Assembly (NCBI GenBank): GCA_964187785.1
Contig: OZ076410.1
Location: forward strand, 73,346,001 to 73,410,000
Source: Amphiscolops sp. MND2022
Lineage: Eukaryota
Length of the DNA stretch: 64,000 bases
Direction of reading: 5' to 3'
The notes below the pieces were generated by a model. The model did not search any database. It was given only the letters and a program-made list of their open reading frames with translations, and had not been told where the DNA came from. Positions 62,788 to 64,000 of this stretch are shown one piece after another. A program made the position numbers and the translations under genes. The first letter of the stretch is position 1. Every line of letters starts with the position of its first letter.

Positions 62788-63345
62788 TTGTCCACGTCTC
62801 TTATGCCTTCCAGCAGAAGACAGAAAGCGAAAGCAAGAAAGTCTAGAGAAATGGACATGATGACCGAATTTGATAACTTGGATGTGATGATAGGAAGTGA
62901 AAATGCAAATCCCATTGAAAGGGAACTAGCAAATGCAGTTGAGGAATTATCAGTACAAGGTGACACTGAGTCTAATATGTACTTAAGGAATGAATTCAGA
63001 AATTTTACTTGCGAAAATGATAATCATAGACAAAATGAAGCCAGAGAGTCCATTGAGGCTTTTGCTAATGAATTTAACCTGAGGTTATCTCAAGACATGG
63101 ACTCAATGGTAGAAATGATGCATACCCAGATCAACAGGGCTATTAGCTCAGCTATATCTGATAGAGTAATTCCTGAAATAAGGAACATTGTGAGTTCTAC
63201 GTCTTCATCACGGAATAGGGACACTGAGGCTAGTTCGTCTCCAAATAGTCAAGAGAACAGAGACAACAACCCTGGGTTAAAAAGAGAAATTACAAAAAAA
63301 GGATTCTCGGTCCGCTGGTGATTTACTGAACACCGAGGATGTTAA
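62788..63345 (+). other. Repeated ORF of unknown function (possibly the N-terminus of a retroelement gag-like ORF), truncated
   Basis: 177-aa ORF homologous to 51540-52090. A frameshift near 63300 hides KKDSRSAGDL. Confidence 0.5.
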
Positions 63346-64000
63346 TCCTTACACTTCATAAAACATTACAATCGTAAAGTTAACACTATATTCGACTGAG
63401 AGGTTTTCTTTGCTTGCGACGAAGTCTTCTGTGTAGTATTTCCGGCGAGTTGCTTTACAACCAGTTTCCCTAAATTTTTTCCTTGCAAATGTAATTTTCT
63501 GAAGTCCAAACGTGATCTAGAAACTTTTGATTATCTCAAACTTCAGTTTCGAAGTTTCGTTCTCTTTTTATTTAGACCGTTTTCCAATGATTTTATGTAC
63601 ATACTTTATTAAGACAAACTGAAGTAGTCAAACTGCGTTTTTAGTCCATGCGTTTTGGAACAAAATGTGCCATATTTTACGGTGACCGATTTTTTCTTGC
63701 CACAGACCACAGAGCTGATATCTTATGTTTTGCATAGCTTTCATGCCTAAGAAGTAGAACCTACCTAGAGACCAAAGCGTCCACATTTGAGCATTTCCCA
63801 TAATGTACTCTTTTCGGCACTATGCGACTTTTTTCTGACTTTTAACCCCTTCCACTTTCAGCAGAAATGAAGCTTTTTGCAAGCATAAAGGATCTTTTTA
63901 AAATTTTCGGCACTATGCGACTTATCGAAGAATTTTCTAAAGGAAAAAATTCGAATATTTTAAAATACAATTTTCTGTTGTTTTGTGTTTTTCTGTAAAG

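Noticed and set aside
1-64000. Prokaryotic, phage or horizontally acquired gene cluster
   Set aside because: No operon-like ORF runs. All long ORFs are spliced host exons or eukaryotic transposon remnants.

Overview
AT-rich, intron-containing eukaryotic DNA, probably from an invertebrate animal (inference; the organism cannot be identified from this window). Most of it is transposon-derived. Two host genes can be reconstructed from GT-AG sites and reading-phase continuity. One is a two-exon RNA polymerase I/III subunit gene (POLR1D/RPAC2, + strand, 7323-8761). The other is an Ephexin-type DH-PH-SH3 RhoGEF on the - strand (core exons 18928-12245); five phase-compatible upstream exons suggest it spans about 48 kb, starting at 60395. 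Mobile DNA includes a full-length but degenerate Copia element with non-canonical TA...AA LTR ends and a half-tRNAiMet primer site, inserted into a CRE-type non-LTR remnant. There are also two nested Gypsy elements (27.6-39.7 kb), a Tc1 element split by a later insertion, hAT and other TIR non-autonomous elements, several Helentron/HINE-like families, a tRNA-CORE-like SINE, tRNA-like pseudogenes, three long near-perfect palindromes and a 72-bp higher-order minisatellite. No prokaryotic system, CRISPR array or rRNA is supported. All coordinates were counted by eye and all family assignments rest on motif recognition without database searches.
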